Source: an uncultured delta proteobacterium (GTDB taxonomy: Bacteria > Desulfobacterota > Desulfomonilia > UBA1062). From it: DNA of 64,000 nt. The notes below the pieces were generated by a model. The model made no database searches. It was not told the origin of the DNA and worked only from the letters and a program-made list of their open reading frames with translations. Positions 41,712-53,608 of the stretch are shown piece by piece (position 1 is the stretch's first letter; each line of letters begins with the position of its first letter). The translations under genes were made by a program, and so were the position numbers. Location of the stretch: NCBI GenBank assembly GCA_963785235.1, contig CAWAUM010000001.1, forward strand, positions 1 through 64,000, written 5' to 3'.

Positions 41712-42613
41712 TGGAGCACAGGAATTTCTTATCCATCCGCGACCTCACGGCTGACGAGATCGGTGATGTCTTTGAGAATGCAGCCCGGTTCAAGCAGGCA
41801 AGCCCTTCAAGATCACTTGAGGGTAAATCGGTGGTGCTGCTCTTCGAGAAGGCATCAACGAGGACCAGGGTGTCGTTTGAAGTGGGCATTGCCCGGTTGG
41901 GCGCCCACCCGGTAGTGCTCAGTGTGGAAGGCTCCCAGATAGCCCGCGGTGAGCCTTTGAAGGATACGGCCCGGATCCTGGCCGGATACTGTGACGCCAT
42001 TGTCATGAGGACCTTCGGCCATGACCGCATCGAGGAGATGGCTTCCTATGCAGAAGTGCCTGTGATAAACGCGCTCACCGACCTGCTGCATCCCTGCCAG
42101 GTGCTTGCCGACTGCTTCACCCTGACCCAGAGGTTCGGGGATCTGTCAGGTAAAAAGGTCGCCTGGATCGGCGACGGTAACAACATGGCCAACTCCTGGA
42201 TCAATGCCTCTGCTGCGCTGGGGTTTGAACTGACCCTTGCCTGCCCCGAGGGCTTCGATCCTGACAAAAATATCATGGATGCCGCACTGGCCGATGGCGC
42301 CAAGGTACTGGTGGTGCGTGATTTGAAAGAGGCGGTCAAAGGGGCCATTGCCGTGAATACGGATGTATGGGCCAGCATGGGCCAGGAGGGCGAGGCCGAG
42401 CGGCGCAAAAGGGCCTTCGAGGCGTATATGGTGGATGAGGCCCTCATGGACACAGCCGGTCCTGATGCGGTATTCATGCACTGTCTCCCCGCCCACAGGG
42501 GCGAGGAGGTTGCCGAAGAGGTCCTGGAGGGGTGGCGCTCCATCGTATGGGAGCAGGCCCAGAACAGACAATACATCCAGGAGGCCATCCTGGAGTTTCT
42601 ACTACGAGCGTAA
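41711..42613 (+). CDS. argF: Ornithine carbamoyltransferase
   Basis: STRTR, HPCQ, GDGNN, SMG, HCLP. Confidence 0.96.
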   Translation: MEHRNFLSIRDLTADEIGDVFENAARFKQASPSRSLEGKSVVLLFEKASTRTRVSFEVGIARLGAHPVVLSVEGSQIARGEPLKDTARILAGYCDAIVMRTFGHDRIEEMASYAEVPVINALTDLLHPCQVLADCFTLTQRFGDLSGKKVAWIGDGNNMANSWINASAALGFELTLACPEGFDPDKNIMDAALADGAKVLVVRDLKEAVKGAIAVNTDVWASMGQEGEAERRKRAFEAYMVDEALMDTAGPDAVFMHCLPAHRGEEVAEEVLEGWRSIVWEQAQNRQYIQEAILEFLLRA

Positions 42614-42624
42614 AAGGAGTCGTC

Positions 42625-43828
42625 ATGGGAGCACAGAAGGTAGTACTGGCATATTCAGGCGGTCTTGACACATCGGTTATCCTCAAGTGGCTCATTGACG
42701 AGTTCGGCTATGAGGTGATCTGTTTTGCTGCAGACGTGGGACAGGCCGAAGAACTTGACGGTCTGGAAGAAAAGGCCATGAAGACCGGCGCCAAAAAGAT
42801 CTATATCGAGGACCTCAGAGAGGAGTTCGTGAGGGACTACGTGTTTCCCGCCTACAGGGCCGATGTGGCCTATGAGGGGCTCTACCTCCTGGGCACCTCG
42901 CTTGCCAGGCCGCTCATTGCCAAACGCATGGTGGAGATTGCCAGGAAGGAGAAGGCCCATGCAGTGGCCCATGGCGCCACGGGCAAGGGAAACGACCAGG
43001 TCCGTTTTGAGCTGGGGGCCTGGGCGCTCTACCCGGGCATCAAGATAATCGCACCCTGGAAGATGGACGAGTGGAAGCTGACGTCCAGGGAGAAGATGAT
43101 CGACTATGCCAAGAAACACGGCATCCCTGTCCCGGTGACCAAGAAAAAACCCTACAGTATGGACCGGAACCTGCTGCACATCAGCTTCGAGGGCGGGATA
43201 CTGGAAGACCTCTGGAACGCGCCGGACGAGGATATGTTCGTGCTCTCCTGCTCCCCGGAAAAGGCACCGAACAAACCAACGGAAATCGTTGATGTCCTTT
43301 ATGAACGGCGACCCGGTCGCCATCGACGGCAAGAAGATGAGCCCTGCCAAACTGCTCGCCAGGCTCAATGAATTAGGCGGCGCCAACGGCATCGGCCGCG
43401 TTGATATCGTGGAGAACCGCTATGTGGGCATGAAGTCCCGCGGCGTGTACGAGACGCCGGGCGGCACCATCTTGAAGGCCGCGCACCGCGGCATGGAGCA
43501 GATCACCATGGACCGGGAAGTCATGCACCTGCGCGATGAGCTCATGCCACGATATGCCGCGCTCATCTATAACGGGTACTGGTTCTCTCCCGAGCGCGAG
43601 GTGCTCCAGACGCTTATCGACGAGACACAGAAGGGGGTCACCGGGGACGTGAGGCTCAAGCTCTATAAGGGCAACTGCACCGTCACGGGCAGGAGGTCGA
43701 AGAACTCTCTGTACAACCCCGAGATAGCGACCTTTGGTGAAGACGAAGTATACGACCAGAAGGATGCCGCGGGCTTCATCAAGCTCAATGCCCTGCGGCT
43801 CAAGGTGAGGGCTCAGGTTAAAAAATGA
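42625..43828 (+). CDS. argG: Argininosuccinate synthase (frameshift near 43295)
   Basis: [39 protein letters not shown]. Confidence 0.96.
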
Positions 43829-45220
43829 CTGACAAACCATGGTCCGGAAGGTTTCTGCAAGGCACCAACAAGCAGGTTGAGGAATTCACCGCCTCTGTAG
43901 ATGTCGACAGCAGGCTGTACGGGCAGGACATCGACGGCAGCATCGCCCATGCGCGTATGCTTCAATCATGCACCCTGATCACCGCTGTAGAGGCCGGGGC
44001 TATTATCGAGGGGCTTGAAGCCATCAGGGCGGATATCGAAAATGGGACCTTCCGAGTTCAGCCAGGCGCTGGAAGATGTCCACATGAACATCGAGACCGA
44101 GCTTACCAGAAGGATCGGGGAGGCGGGCAAGAAGCTCCATACTGCGCGCAGCAGGAACGACCAGGTGGCCACGGACTTCCGGCTGTATGTCCGTAAGGCG
44201 CTCTCCGACATGGCACAGGAACTCAAGGGTTTCATGGAGGCGCTGCTTAGAAAGGCCGAGGCGCATGTGGACACCATTATCCCGGGCATGACGCATCTTC
44301 AGCACGCCCAGCCGGTATCCCTTGCACATCATCTGCTCGCCTATTTCGAGATGGCCAGAAGGGATCATGAGCGCATTGCCCAGGCAATGAAGCGGGTCAA
44401 TGTCTCTCCTCTGGGCAGCGCTGCCCTGGCAGGCACACCGCACCCCATCGACCGGGAGCAGACAGCGAAAGATCTCGGATTTTCAGGTCCGTCCAGGAAT
44501 TCCATCGATGCCGTGAGCGACCGTGATTTTGCCATAGAGGCGGCCTTTGTCTGCAGTGTTATCATGATGCACCTGAGCAGGCTTGCTGAGGAGATCATCA
44601 TCTGGAACTCGCAGCCCTTTTCCTTTATTGAACTGAGCGATGCCTATTGCACGGGCAGCTCCATCATGCCCCAGAAGAAGAACCCGGATGTGGCGGAGCT
44701 GGTCAGGGGCAAGACGGGTGGTGTCTATGGGAACCTGATGTCACTGCTCATTATGATGAAAGGGCTGCCTCTGGCCTATAACCGGGATATGCAGGAAGAC
44801 AAGAAGCCACTGTTCGAGGCTCTCGATACGGCCGGCACGTCACTGCGGCTCATGGCAGGCCTTGTGGGCGGCATGAGCCCCAGGGCCGAATCCTTGAACA
44901 GTTCATTGCAGGATGGGTTCATCACTGCAACGGACATGGCCGACTATCTGGCAGCAAAGGGCTTGCCGTTCAGGGAGGCACACCGAATCACGGGCGAGAT
45001 CGTATCCATGCTTATAAGCACGCACAGGAGGTTCTCCGACCTTGAAATATCTGAGCTCAAGGCCTTCTGTGACCTGTTCGAAGCCGATGTGTTCGTAGTG
45101 CTTGACCCGGCATCCTCAATGGACAGGAGGACGAGCTATGGAGGCACGGCAAGGGATAATGTGCGCAAGGCCCTGAGGGAAGCCCGCCAGGCCCTGGAGT
45201 CACTGGCTCATGAGGATTAG
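43825..45220 (+). CDS. argH: Argininosuccinate lyase (frameshift near 44050)
   Basis: [40 protein letters not shown]. Confidence 0.96.
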
Positions 45221-45635
45221 GTCGCTCTTCATTACGGTCACTATCCTTATTGTCTTTTTGGGCTGCGGCAGGAAGATGCCGCCTTTGCCGCCCACGCTCC
45301 CTGACCCAGTGGAGATGGGCTCCATCGCCTTTGTCGGCCAGGAGGTTATTGCAAAGGCACAGTGCAATATGCAAGATGCCACGGTGCTGCTGCTGGGCAA
45401 ACCCAAGGGATTATGCCCCAACTGCACGGATGACCTTGTGGTAAAGCACAAGATCACACTTGAGAAGCCCGGTGAGGTCGTCCTGAAAGACCCTTCACCC
45501 GAATCCGACTATATGGTCTACCGTATCGCTGTCAGAACATGGTGCCACGAAATGGACCACGCCGGCGAGGATAGTGGTGAAAAAACAGTAACAGGAATCC
45601 AATTATCAAAGGAAGGGACAGCTAACTATGCATGA
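45210..45635 (+). CDS. Lipoprotein (CGxKxPP N-terminus, CPNC motif; possible late frameshift)
   Basis: Lipobox FLGC-GRKMPPLPP; lies between argH and lysA. Confidence 0.65.
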   Translation: MRIRSLFITVTILIVFLGCGRKMPPLPPTLPDPVEMGSIAFVGQEVIAKAQCNMQDATVLLLGKPKGLCPNCTDDLVVKHKITLEKPGEVVLKDPSPESDYMVYRIAVRTWCHEMDHAGEDSGEKTVTGIQLSKEGTANYA

Positions 45636-46936
45636 TTTTGACTATGACAAGGCAGGGCAATTGTGCTGCGCTGAAGTGCCCCTTGAAAAGATCGCCCGCG
45701 AGATCGGCACACCGTACTACTGCTACAGCCTTCCCACCCTCAGGCGACATATCCAGGCCTTTGAGGAGCCGCTAGAAGGTATCGACCACCAGACATGCTT
45801 TGCCATGAAGGCAAATTCCAATCTGGCCATACTCACCCTCATGGCAAATCACGGCCTTGGTGCCGATGTAGTCTCGGGTGGCGAGCTCTTCCGGGCGCTC
45901 AAGGCAGGAATCCCTGCATCCAAGGTCGTCTACTCCGGGGTGGGTAAAACTACCGTTGAGATCGACATGGCCATCCAGGCCGGCATCATGATGTTCAATA
46001 TCGAGAGCGAGCAGGAACTGGAGGTCATCAATGAACGCGCCGGGGTCCTTGCACAAGAAGGCACCCATATCCATCAGGGTCAATCCGGATGTGGACCCCC
46101 AGACCCACCCCTATATCTCAACGGGCATGAAGCAGAACAAGTTCGGCATCGATATCGAGGGAACCCTTAAGCAGTACCTCAGGGCAAAAGATATGGAACA
46201 CCTTGAGATCGTGGGCATTGCCTGCCACATCGGCAGCCAGCTTACCGACATCAGCCCGTTCATCGATGCCATAGAAAGGCTCAAGGTTCTCATGGCGAAC
46301 ATCAAGGACCTTGGCATCGAGTTCAAATACCTCGACCTGGGAGGAGGCCTGGGCATCACCTATTCATCCGAGCATCCGCCTCACCCCAAGGAATACGGCG
46401 CTGCCATCATCGATGCGGTCAGGGGTCTGAACATCAAGCTGATCTTCGAGCCGGGCCGGGTAATCGTGGGGAATGCGGGTGTTATGGTGACCCGGGTGCT
46501 TTACCGCAAGGAGGCGGACAAGAAGACATTCATCATCGTGGATGCGGGCATGAATGATCTTATCCGCCCGGCGCTGTACGGCGCTTACCACGATATAAAG
46601 CCCCTTGTGGCAGGAAACGGCCCGACCGAGAAGGCCGACGTGGTGGGGCCCATCTGCGAGTCAAGCGATTTTCTGGCAAAAGACCGGGATCTGCCGCATC
46701 TATCAAGGGGCGACCTCATCGCGGTGATGAGCGCCGGGGCCTATGGTTTTACCATGGCCTCCAATTACAACTCCCGTCCCAAACCGCCGGAGGTTTTGGT
46801 AGATGGTCAAAACTATTCTGTGGTAATACACAGGCAGTCTTATGAAGATCTCATCGCGGGGGAGTCCGTCCCCGACGGTCTGGTCTACGCAAAGGGAGGA
46901 GAACGATGTTTTCAGGTGCGATCGTCGCCATTGTAA
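45628..46936 (+). CDS. lysA: Diaminopimelate decarboxylase (frameshift near 46050)
   Basis: FAMKANSN, DVVSGGE, CHIGSQ, EPGR, GPICES, MASNYN. Confidence 0.95.
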
Positions 46937-47786
46937 CACCCTTTAAGGACGGCATGGTTGACGAGAAGGCGTATAGAGAGCTGATCAATTTCGTCATTGA
47001 CAGGCGGGGTATCGGGCATCGTGCCCTGTGGCACCACCGGGAGAGTCAGCCACCTTGTCCCATAAAGAGCACAAGCAGGTTATCGACATCACGGTGGATG
47101 AAGTGGGCAAACGGGTCCCGGTCATTGCCGGGCACCGGCTCCAACTCGACGACTGAGGCCATCCGCCTCACCAAGCATGCCAAGGAAGCCGGGGCCGATG
47201 CGGCGCTGCTCATCACCCCCTATTACAACAAGCCCACCCAGAGGGGGCTTGTTGAACACTACAAGGCGGTTGCCTCCGCATGTGACATCCCGCAGCATCC
47301 TCTACAACGTTCCGGGAAGGACCGGGGTGAACATGAGCAGCTGAAACCGTTGTGGAATTATCCAAGATAGACAACATCGTCGGCATCAAGGAGGCGAGCG
47401 GAGACCTGGTGAAGTGCTCCCAGATCGTTCGTGACACTGCGGATGATTTCTGCGTGCTCTCGGGTGAAGATGCCCTGAATTACCCCATTTTGTGCTGCGG
47501 CGGGGTCGGCGCCATATCCGTTACGGCAAACGTTTTGCCGGACAGGGTCTCGGCCCTGTGTGCGGCATGGGATTCCCTTGATATACCAACGGCTTTGAAG
47601 ATCCACCTGGAGCTTCTGGAAATCAACCAGGCCCTGTTTATGGAAACCAACCCCATCCCGGTAAAGACCGCACTGGCCATGATGGGAATGATGCACGAGG
47701 AATTCAAACTGCCCCTGTGCCCCATGGGTGGCGCCAATAAGAAGATGCTTGCCTCGGTGCTCAAGCGCTACGGATGCATCAGTTAA
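46906..47786 (+). CDS. dapA: 4-hydroxy-tetrahydrodipicolinate synthase (several indels)
   Basis: AIVTPF, CGTTGE (shifted frame), [37 protein letters not shown]. Confidence 0.93.
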
Positions 47787-47802
47787 CCCCTGGAGGTTTC
47801 CC

Positions 47803-48619
47803 ATGATCAAGACCGGCGTTGTGGGGTTTGGCGGGAGGATGGGTACGCTCATTGCGCGGACAATCCTGGATAATCCTGACTTTGCCCTGGAAGGAGCACT
47901 GGAAGACAAGGCCCACCCGGTTATCGGCAAAGATGCGGGTGAAGTGCTTGGATATCCAAAGGCCGGAATACAAGCGACTTCCGTGATAGCAGATGCCTTT
48001 GCCGCCTGTGACTGCATTATCGATTTCACCTTCCCCGAGGTCACGCTTAAGGTTTGTTCGTATGCGGCCGGGAACAACAAGGCCATGGTGATCGGGTCCA
48101 CAGGGTTTACTGGTGAACAGAAAGAGAAGATCGCACTTGTTTGCATCAAAGATACCCATTGTGCTTTCACCGAACATGAGCATCGGGGTCAATATGCTTC
48201 TCAAGATCGTGAGCATGGTGGCCGGTCTTCTGGATGAAAGCTATGACGCGGAGATTGTGGAGGCGCACCACAGGCTCAAAAAGGATGCGCCATCAGGCAC
48301 TGCACTGGCGCTGGCTCAGGCCGTGGCCAGGGGAAGGGGCATCGAACTGGACAGCCATGCCCGGTATGAACGCCACGGCATAATCGGGGTCAGGCCCACA
48401 GGCGAGATCGGCATCCAGACCGTCCGCGCAGGAGACATCGTGGGAGAGCACATGGTCATGTTTGCAGGCCCTGGCGAGCGCATCGAGATCACCCACAAGG
48501 CCCAGAGCCGCGAAAACTTTGCCCGTGGGGCCATAAAGGCCGCGGCGTGGGTTATGGGCAAACAGCCGGGCCTTTACTCCATGATGGATGTCCTGGGTAT
48601 CAGCTATGAAGATCGGTAG
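47803..48619 (+). CDS. dapB: 4-hydroxy-tetrahydrodipicolinate reductase (frameshift near 48140)
   Basis: GFGGRMG, IDFT, GSTG, SPNMSIG, EAHHRLKKDAPSGTA. Confidence 0.95.
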
Positions 48620-49351
48620 AGGAGTAGCATCATCCGGGGCGCACCACCTGGTATTGCACGGATGACGGACGTGACATTCAGCCAGTGGAATCCGGACACC
48701 TCGGAAAAGGGCCGCGCGATCACGATCACCAAGCTCCTGGCACCGGCATTGCCGGGCAAGATCATTGCCGTGGGGCTGAACTACCGGGACCATGCCCTGG
48801 AGATGGGGCTTGTATTGCCGGCTGAACCCATTGTCTTCATGAAGCCCTCAACATCCGTCATAGGCCCCGGTGATGAGATCATCTACCCTGACCAGTCCAG
48901 CCGAGTTGATTATGAGGCGGAACTGGCCGTGGTCATCTCCAAGAAATGCAGGAATGTTCGAGTTCATGAGGCCGGCGATGTCATCCTTGGGTATACGTGC
49001 TTGAACGATGTCACAGCCAGGGACCTGCAGGTAAAGGATGGCCAGTGGACACGCGCCAAATCCTTTGACACCTTTGCCCCCCTTGGTCCGTGGATTGTTA
49101 CGGATATTGCAGACCCGAATAACCTTGCCATAACATCGCGCCTGAACGGTGAGATCAAACAGTCATCAAACACGAATAACCTCATCTTCAATGTATTCGA
49201 ACTCATCGAATTTATCTCATCGGTCATGACCCTGGAAAAATGGGACATCATTGCCACGGGAACGCCCGCCGGAATCGGCCCCATGGTCAGGGGGGACGAG
49301 ATCGAGATAGCCATCGAGGGTATCGGGGCCTTGACAAACCGCGTTGCATGA
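48606..49351 (+). CDS. Fumarylacetoacetate hydrolase family protein (N-terminal indel)
   Basis: [35 protein letters not shown]. Confidence 0.9.
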
Positions 49352-49833
49352 TGCGAGGATTTCTTTCTCTCGGGTCAAACCTCGGTGACAGGGAGGCTTA
49401 TCTTAAAGAGGCGTTATCACACCTTGCAACGTGCGGTGCCCAGATCATAAAGGCCTCACGCATCTATGAGACAGTCCCGGTGGAGGTGGCATCAGGGCAG
49501 GGCAACTATCTCAACATGGTTGTAGAGGTTGCCTTTGAGGGGGAACCCATGGAGCTGCTGGATCTTTGTCAAAGGGTGGAAGATACTCTGGGAAGGGTAA
49601 GGCCATACACAAATGCCCCCAGGACTATTGACATAGACATCCTCCTCATCCATGATATGATCCTTGATCAGGGACGCCTTATCTTGCCGCATCCGAGGAT
49701 GGAAAACAGGGCATTTGTGATCTTCCCCCTTGCAGAAATCGCCCCTGACCTTATTCTTCCATCCGGGAGGACAGTTGCGCAGGTCAAGAAAAACTCTAAA
49801 AATGACGAGATAATCAGGATTCGGGATTTGTAA
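49348..49833 (+). CDS. folK: 6-hydroxymethyl-7,8-dihydropterin pyrophosphokinase
   Basis: [26 protein letters not shown]. Confidence 0.94.
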   Translation: MMRGFLSLGSNLGDREAYLKEALSHLATCGAQIIKASRIYETVPVEVASGQGNYLNMVVEVAFEGEPMELLDLCQRVEDTLGRVRPYTNAPRTIDIDILLIHDMILDQGRLILPHPRMENRAFVIFPLAEIAPDLILPSGRTVAQVKKNSKNDEIIRIRDL

Positions 49834-49834
49834 G

Positions 49835-51334
49835 ATGGATGAGACCACACCTCATAAGCTGAAGATCATGATTGCCGACGATAACCGTGACCTCAACGAG
49901 GCCATGCGGGAGATGTTCATTGAGCACGGCTTTGACGTTGTGCAGGCATACGACGGCGAGGAGGCCTTTGATCTCTATTCCCAGGAGAAGCCCGATCTTA
50001 CGTTCCTTGACTACCTCATGCCCAAGATGGACGGGGTCGATGTCCTTGAAGAGGTCATGACCATAGATCCTGATGCCCTGGTGGTGTTTATCACCGGCGA
50101 GGGGTCCGAGGACACGGCGGTCCAGGCCATGAAGGCCGGGGCAAAGGACTACGTCACCAAGCCCTTTTCCATGCAGTACCTTGTGCATATCGCAAAAAAG
50201 CTCATCAACGAGCATGCGCTGCAGCTTGATAACATCCGCCTGCGGGCCAGGGGTGATGCCTATAAGGATTATATGGTCACCATTACCGAGACCATGGGTG
50301 AGGCGGTTATCACTATCGATGCCAAAGGGACTGTTCAGTTCATGAATCACATGGCCCACAAGCTCTGGGGATCGCTTGAAGATATGAAAAACAAGCCCGT
50401 GGATGTGCTCATTCCGGACCCGAGCGTAGATGTCTTTGCGGATATCAGACAGGCATCCCTACAAGGGGATGAATGCTTCCAGAGTGAGTATACCTTCCGC
50501 AAGGCCGATGGCGGGATTTTTTCAGGGCTGCTGAGCGCTTCAACCCTGAAGAGCGAGCAGTATGCGAACAACATAGTGCTGGTTATACGGGATCTCACCG
50601 ACATCGAGATGATGCGCAGGCAGGTCATCAACGCCGAAAAGCTGGCTTCATTGGGCAAGGTGGTCGAGGGTGTCGCACATGAAATAAGGAATTCGCTGAC
50701 ATCGCTGGGGGGGTTCTCCAGACGCCTGAGCAAGTCGGTTGACCAGAACTGTGCCGAAAAGGTGTACGTGGACTACATCATCGAGGACGTCAAGAGACTG
50801 GAGGCCATGATCCTGGATATCGAAGAATATGTGAATTACACCAAGATCCACAGGCCTAACTTCTCCATGACCCATATAGAAGACATTATCAATGATGCCC
50901 TTATCAAGAGCTTCGGGCCAGGGAAATTCAGCGGCGTGGCATATGAGGTGAATGTACCCCAGGGCCTTGAAGAGATCTATGCGGACCACGATTTTCTGGT
51001 TGAGGCCTTCTGGCACCTTTTTGTGAACGCATGCGAATCCATGGAAGGGAAGGGCTCGCTGGTAGTAAGTATAAGCCTTCACCCCCATTATTTAATCGTA
51101 GATGTAATTGATTCGGGTAAGGGTATTCCCAGCGACGAGATCAAGGATATCTTCAATCCTTTTTATACCAGTAAGTCCCGCGGTGCGGGCCTTGGCCTTT
51201 CAAAGGTGTACATGATTATCGAGGAGCATGGGGGCTTCATCACCGTGAACAGCTCGGTGAACCAGGGGACAAGGATGAGGGTCTTCCTCTCCCGGAGACG
51301 AGGGATAAAGCCTCTTGCACCACAAGACACTTGA
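49835..51334 (+). CDS. Hybrid REC-PAS-histidine kinase
   Basis: N-terminal REC (ADDN, DYLMP, KPF), PAS, AHEIRNSL, DSGKG, GAGLGL. Confidence 0.92.
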   Translation: MDETTPHKLKIMIADDNRDLNEAMREMFIEHGFDVVQAYDGEEAFDLYSQEKPDLTFLDYLMPKMDGVDVLEEVMTIDPDALVVFITGEGSEDTAVQAMKAGAKDYVTKPFSMQYLVHIAKKLINEHALQLDNIRLRARGDAYKDYMVTITETMGEAVITIDAKGTVQFMNHMAHKLWGSLEDMKNKPVDVLIPDPSVDVFADIRQASLQGDECFQSEYTFRKADGGIFSGLLSASTLKSEQYANNIVLVIRDLTDIEMMRRQVINAEKLASLGKVVEGVAHEIRNSLTSLGGFSRRLSKSVDQNCAEKVYVDYIIEDVKRLEAMILDIEEYVNYTKIHRPNFSMTHIEDIINDALIKSFGPGKFSGVAYEVNVPQGLEEIYADHDFLVEAFWHLFVNACESMEGKGSLVVSISLHPHYLIVDVIDSGKGIPSDEIKDIFNPFYTSKSRGAGLGLSKVYMIIEEHGGFITVNSSVNQGTRMRVFLSRRRGIKPLAPQDT

Positions 51335-51360
51335 AATGAAGTTCATGTGTCGGGTATAGT
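51331..51360 (+). promoter_or_regulatory. Candidate sigma70 promoter
   Basis: TTGAAA-N18-TATAGT upstream of the slt-pgsA pair. Confidence 0.4.
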
Positions 51361-51402
51361 AATTCAAGTACAATAATGAAATATTTGAATAAATTATTCT
51401 AA

Positions 51403-52047
51403 ATGACGATAAAGACAATTATGAATACCAGGACATTAGTTTTACTTTGCGCTGTTGCGAGCATTTTTATGTGGGCGATCCCAGGCCACGCCGATATCTT
51501 CATGAGGCGCGGGCCTGACGGCACGATGCATTTCAGCAATTGCCCCATGGGGGCCGATTGGAAGCTCTATGCCAAGGAGAAGGCGAGAAAGAATCAATAT
51601 CCCCAATATCCACAGTATGCGCAATCGCACTATGCCGCTAAGAAATACTCCAAGACACAGTATGACAGTATCATTGGCGCTATTGCCAGAGGGCAGGGTG
51701 TGAGCCCTACACTCATCAAGAGTGTCATCGAGGTGGAGTCGGGCTACGACCACATGGCCAGATCCTCCAAGGGAGCTATGGGCCTTATGCAGCTCATGCC
51801 CGGAACAGCCCAGGACCTTGGTGTTTCAGACCCGTGGAACCCCACGGAGAACATCACAGCGGGAACGAAGTATCTTTCCTGGTTGATCAGAAAATACGAT
51901 GGAAATCTCATGAAGGCACTGGCCGCCTACAACGCCGGACCGAATGCGGTGGACACCTATGGTGGAATTCCACCCTACCAAGAGACAACCAATTATGTTA
52001 GAAGTGTCCTTGCAAGATTAAATGGGGGAGGCTATGCTGGGGAATGA
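51403..52047 (+). CDS. SLT-domain lytic transglycosylase
   Basis: [27 protein letters not shown]. Confidence 0.92.
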   Translation: MTIKTIMNTRTLVLLCAVASIFMWAIPGHADIFMRRGPDGTMHFSNCPMGADWKLYAKEKARKNQYPQYPQYAQSHYAAKKYSKTQYDSIIGAIARGQGVSPTLIKSVIEVESGYDHMARSSKGAMGLMQLMPGTAQDLGVSDPWNPTENITAGTKYLSWLIRKYDGNLMKALAAYNAGPNAVDTYGGIPPYQETTNYVRSVLARLNGGGYAGE

Positions 52048-52577
52048 ATATATCAAATGCACTGACCGTCTCGCGGATCTTCATGGTCCCGGTCATTGCG
52101 TTGCTGCTCATCCATGACAGCCTTATAAAATCCCTCATTGCCGCAAGTATCTTCGTGGTGGCCGTGATCACCGATTATCTCGACGGGTATTTTGCCAGAA
52201 AATACCATCAGGAATCAGACTTAGGCAAGCTGCTGGACCCTTTAGCGGACAAATTCCTCATGGGCACCATCTTGATCATGCTCATTCCATTGCAGAGGAT
52301 TCCGGCCTGGATAGTAGCCCTCATCATAGCCCGCGAGCTTGCTGTGACAGGGTTGCGCAGTATTGCTGCGGAGAAGAGAATTATCATTGCAGCGGATTGG
52401 CTGGGTAAATACAAGACTGCATTCCAGTGCACCGCGCTTATTCCCCTGATTGTACATTATCCGATCCTTGGATTGCAGTTTCAACTTGCAGGTGATTTTT
52501 TTGTGTGGATAGCGCTGTACTTTACCCTCTGGTCGGGTGTGGAGTACTTCATCAATTATTACAAGGCAACCGCCTGA
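52044..52577 (+). CDS. pgsA: CDP-diacylglycerol--glycerol-3-phosphate 3-phosphatidyltransferase
   Basis: [41 protein letters not shown]. Confidence 0.94.
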   Translation: MNISNALTVSRIFMVPVIALLLIHDSLIKSLIAASIFVVAVITDYLDGYFARKYHQESDLGKLLDPLADKFLMGTILIMLIPLQRIPAWIVALIIARELAVTGLRSIAAEKRIIIAADWLGKYKTAFQCTALIPLIVHYPILGLQFQLAGDFFVWIALYFTLWSGVEYFINYYKATA

Positions 52578-52629
52578 GCTCAGACCTCACGCGTCCCCCT
52601 TGCGTGAAGGCTAACCTGCCGATTTTTTC

Positions 52630-52842
52630 TTAGCTGTTTTTTGTTGTGAAAAAACCGAGCTGTGTATAGAGCGGACACACCCCTGAAGTTGCACTTGAAA
52701 GCAGCATACCTCCGGCAATTAATGCAATGGCTGAGATGAACGACACCTTGCCTCTCATGAGGAGGAATATAAGGATAATGACCGCAATGCCTACACGCAC
52801 GAATCTGTCGATGGTCCCGACATTCTGCTCAAAGGATTCCAT
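52630..52842 (-). CDS. DUF2892/YgaP-family membrane protein
   Basis: NVGTIDRFVR...GVCPLY..LG. Confidence 0.85.
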   Translation of the reverse strand: MESFEQNVGTIDRFVRVGIAVIILIFLLMRGKVSFISAIALIAGGMLLSSATSGVCPLYTQLGFFTTKNS

Positions 52843-52962
52843 GAAGTACCTCCGCGTTGATCTTAAGGCCATATTCTCTCTTGAAAACATGATTCTGTCA
52901 ACATGCCGGTATTGAATCTGCTAGATAAAACCATTATGATATTAAGAAGAGGAGATAAGACC

Positions 52963-53217
52963 ATGACGAGTAAAGCAATAAAGATCTATACATTAAGCAC
53001 CTGTAGCCATTGCAAGGCCGCAAAAAAGTTCCTGAGTGATCTGAGGGTGCAGTATGACTGCATCGATGTGGATCTGCTCGATGCCGAAGACAAGGCCACA
53101 GCTCTTGACGAAGTGAGAAAGTACAACCCGAAATTGACATTCCCAACAATCCTGTGCGGAGACAAGGTCATCATCGGTTTCCAGGACCGTGAGATCAAGG
53201 AGGCTCTGGGTCTATGA
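52963..53217 (+). CDS. NrdH-like glutaredoxin
   Basis: IYTLSTCSHC, TFPT, IIGF. Confidence 0.88.
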   Translation: MTSKAIKIYTLSTCSHCKAAKKFLSDLRVQYDCIDVDLLDAEDKATALDEVRKYNPKLTFPTILCGDKVIIGFQDREIKEALGL

Positions 53218-53546
53218 ACGAAGCGGAAAAGCTCTATGAAATGCTGAAAAAGGTCCAGGAGCCGAAGGGATACTTTTTCAACAAAGATAAAGAGAGGGTA
53301 TTTGACCTGATCGATGCGCTGCTTATCAACAAGAACCGCTATGGCTATATGTGCTGCCCGTGCAGGCTTGCTTCAGGTGATAAGGAAAAAGACCGCGACA
53401 TTATCTGCCCGTGCGTATACCGGGTGGCGGATGTTGAGGAATTCGGCAGCTGTTACTGCAATCTCTATGTCTCTTCCGATTGGAATGAGGGGAAGATCAC
53501 TGAAAGCTACATCCCTGAACGCAGATCGGCTGATAAGTATTTGTAG
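53214..53546 (+). CDS. Ferredoxin:thioredoxin reductase catalytic-subunit-like protein
   Basis: YGYMCCPCR, ICPC, GSCYCNLY. Confidence 0.9.
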   Translation: MNEAEKLYEMLKKVQEPKGYFFNKDKERVFDLIDALLINKNRYGYMCCPCRLASGDKEKDRDIICPCVYRVADVEEFGSCYCNLYVSSDWNEGKITESYIPERRSADKYL

Positions 53547-53608
53547 GATAGCACTGTTTCTCTCATATATCAGGGGGAATCCGCAGAAAACAAGGACCAT
53601 GATCAGTG

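Noticed and set aside
51595-51624. QYP-QYP-QYA short tandem repeat
   Set aside because: Low-complexity linker inside the transglycosylase, not an array.
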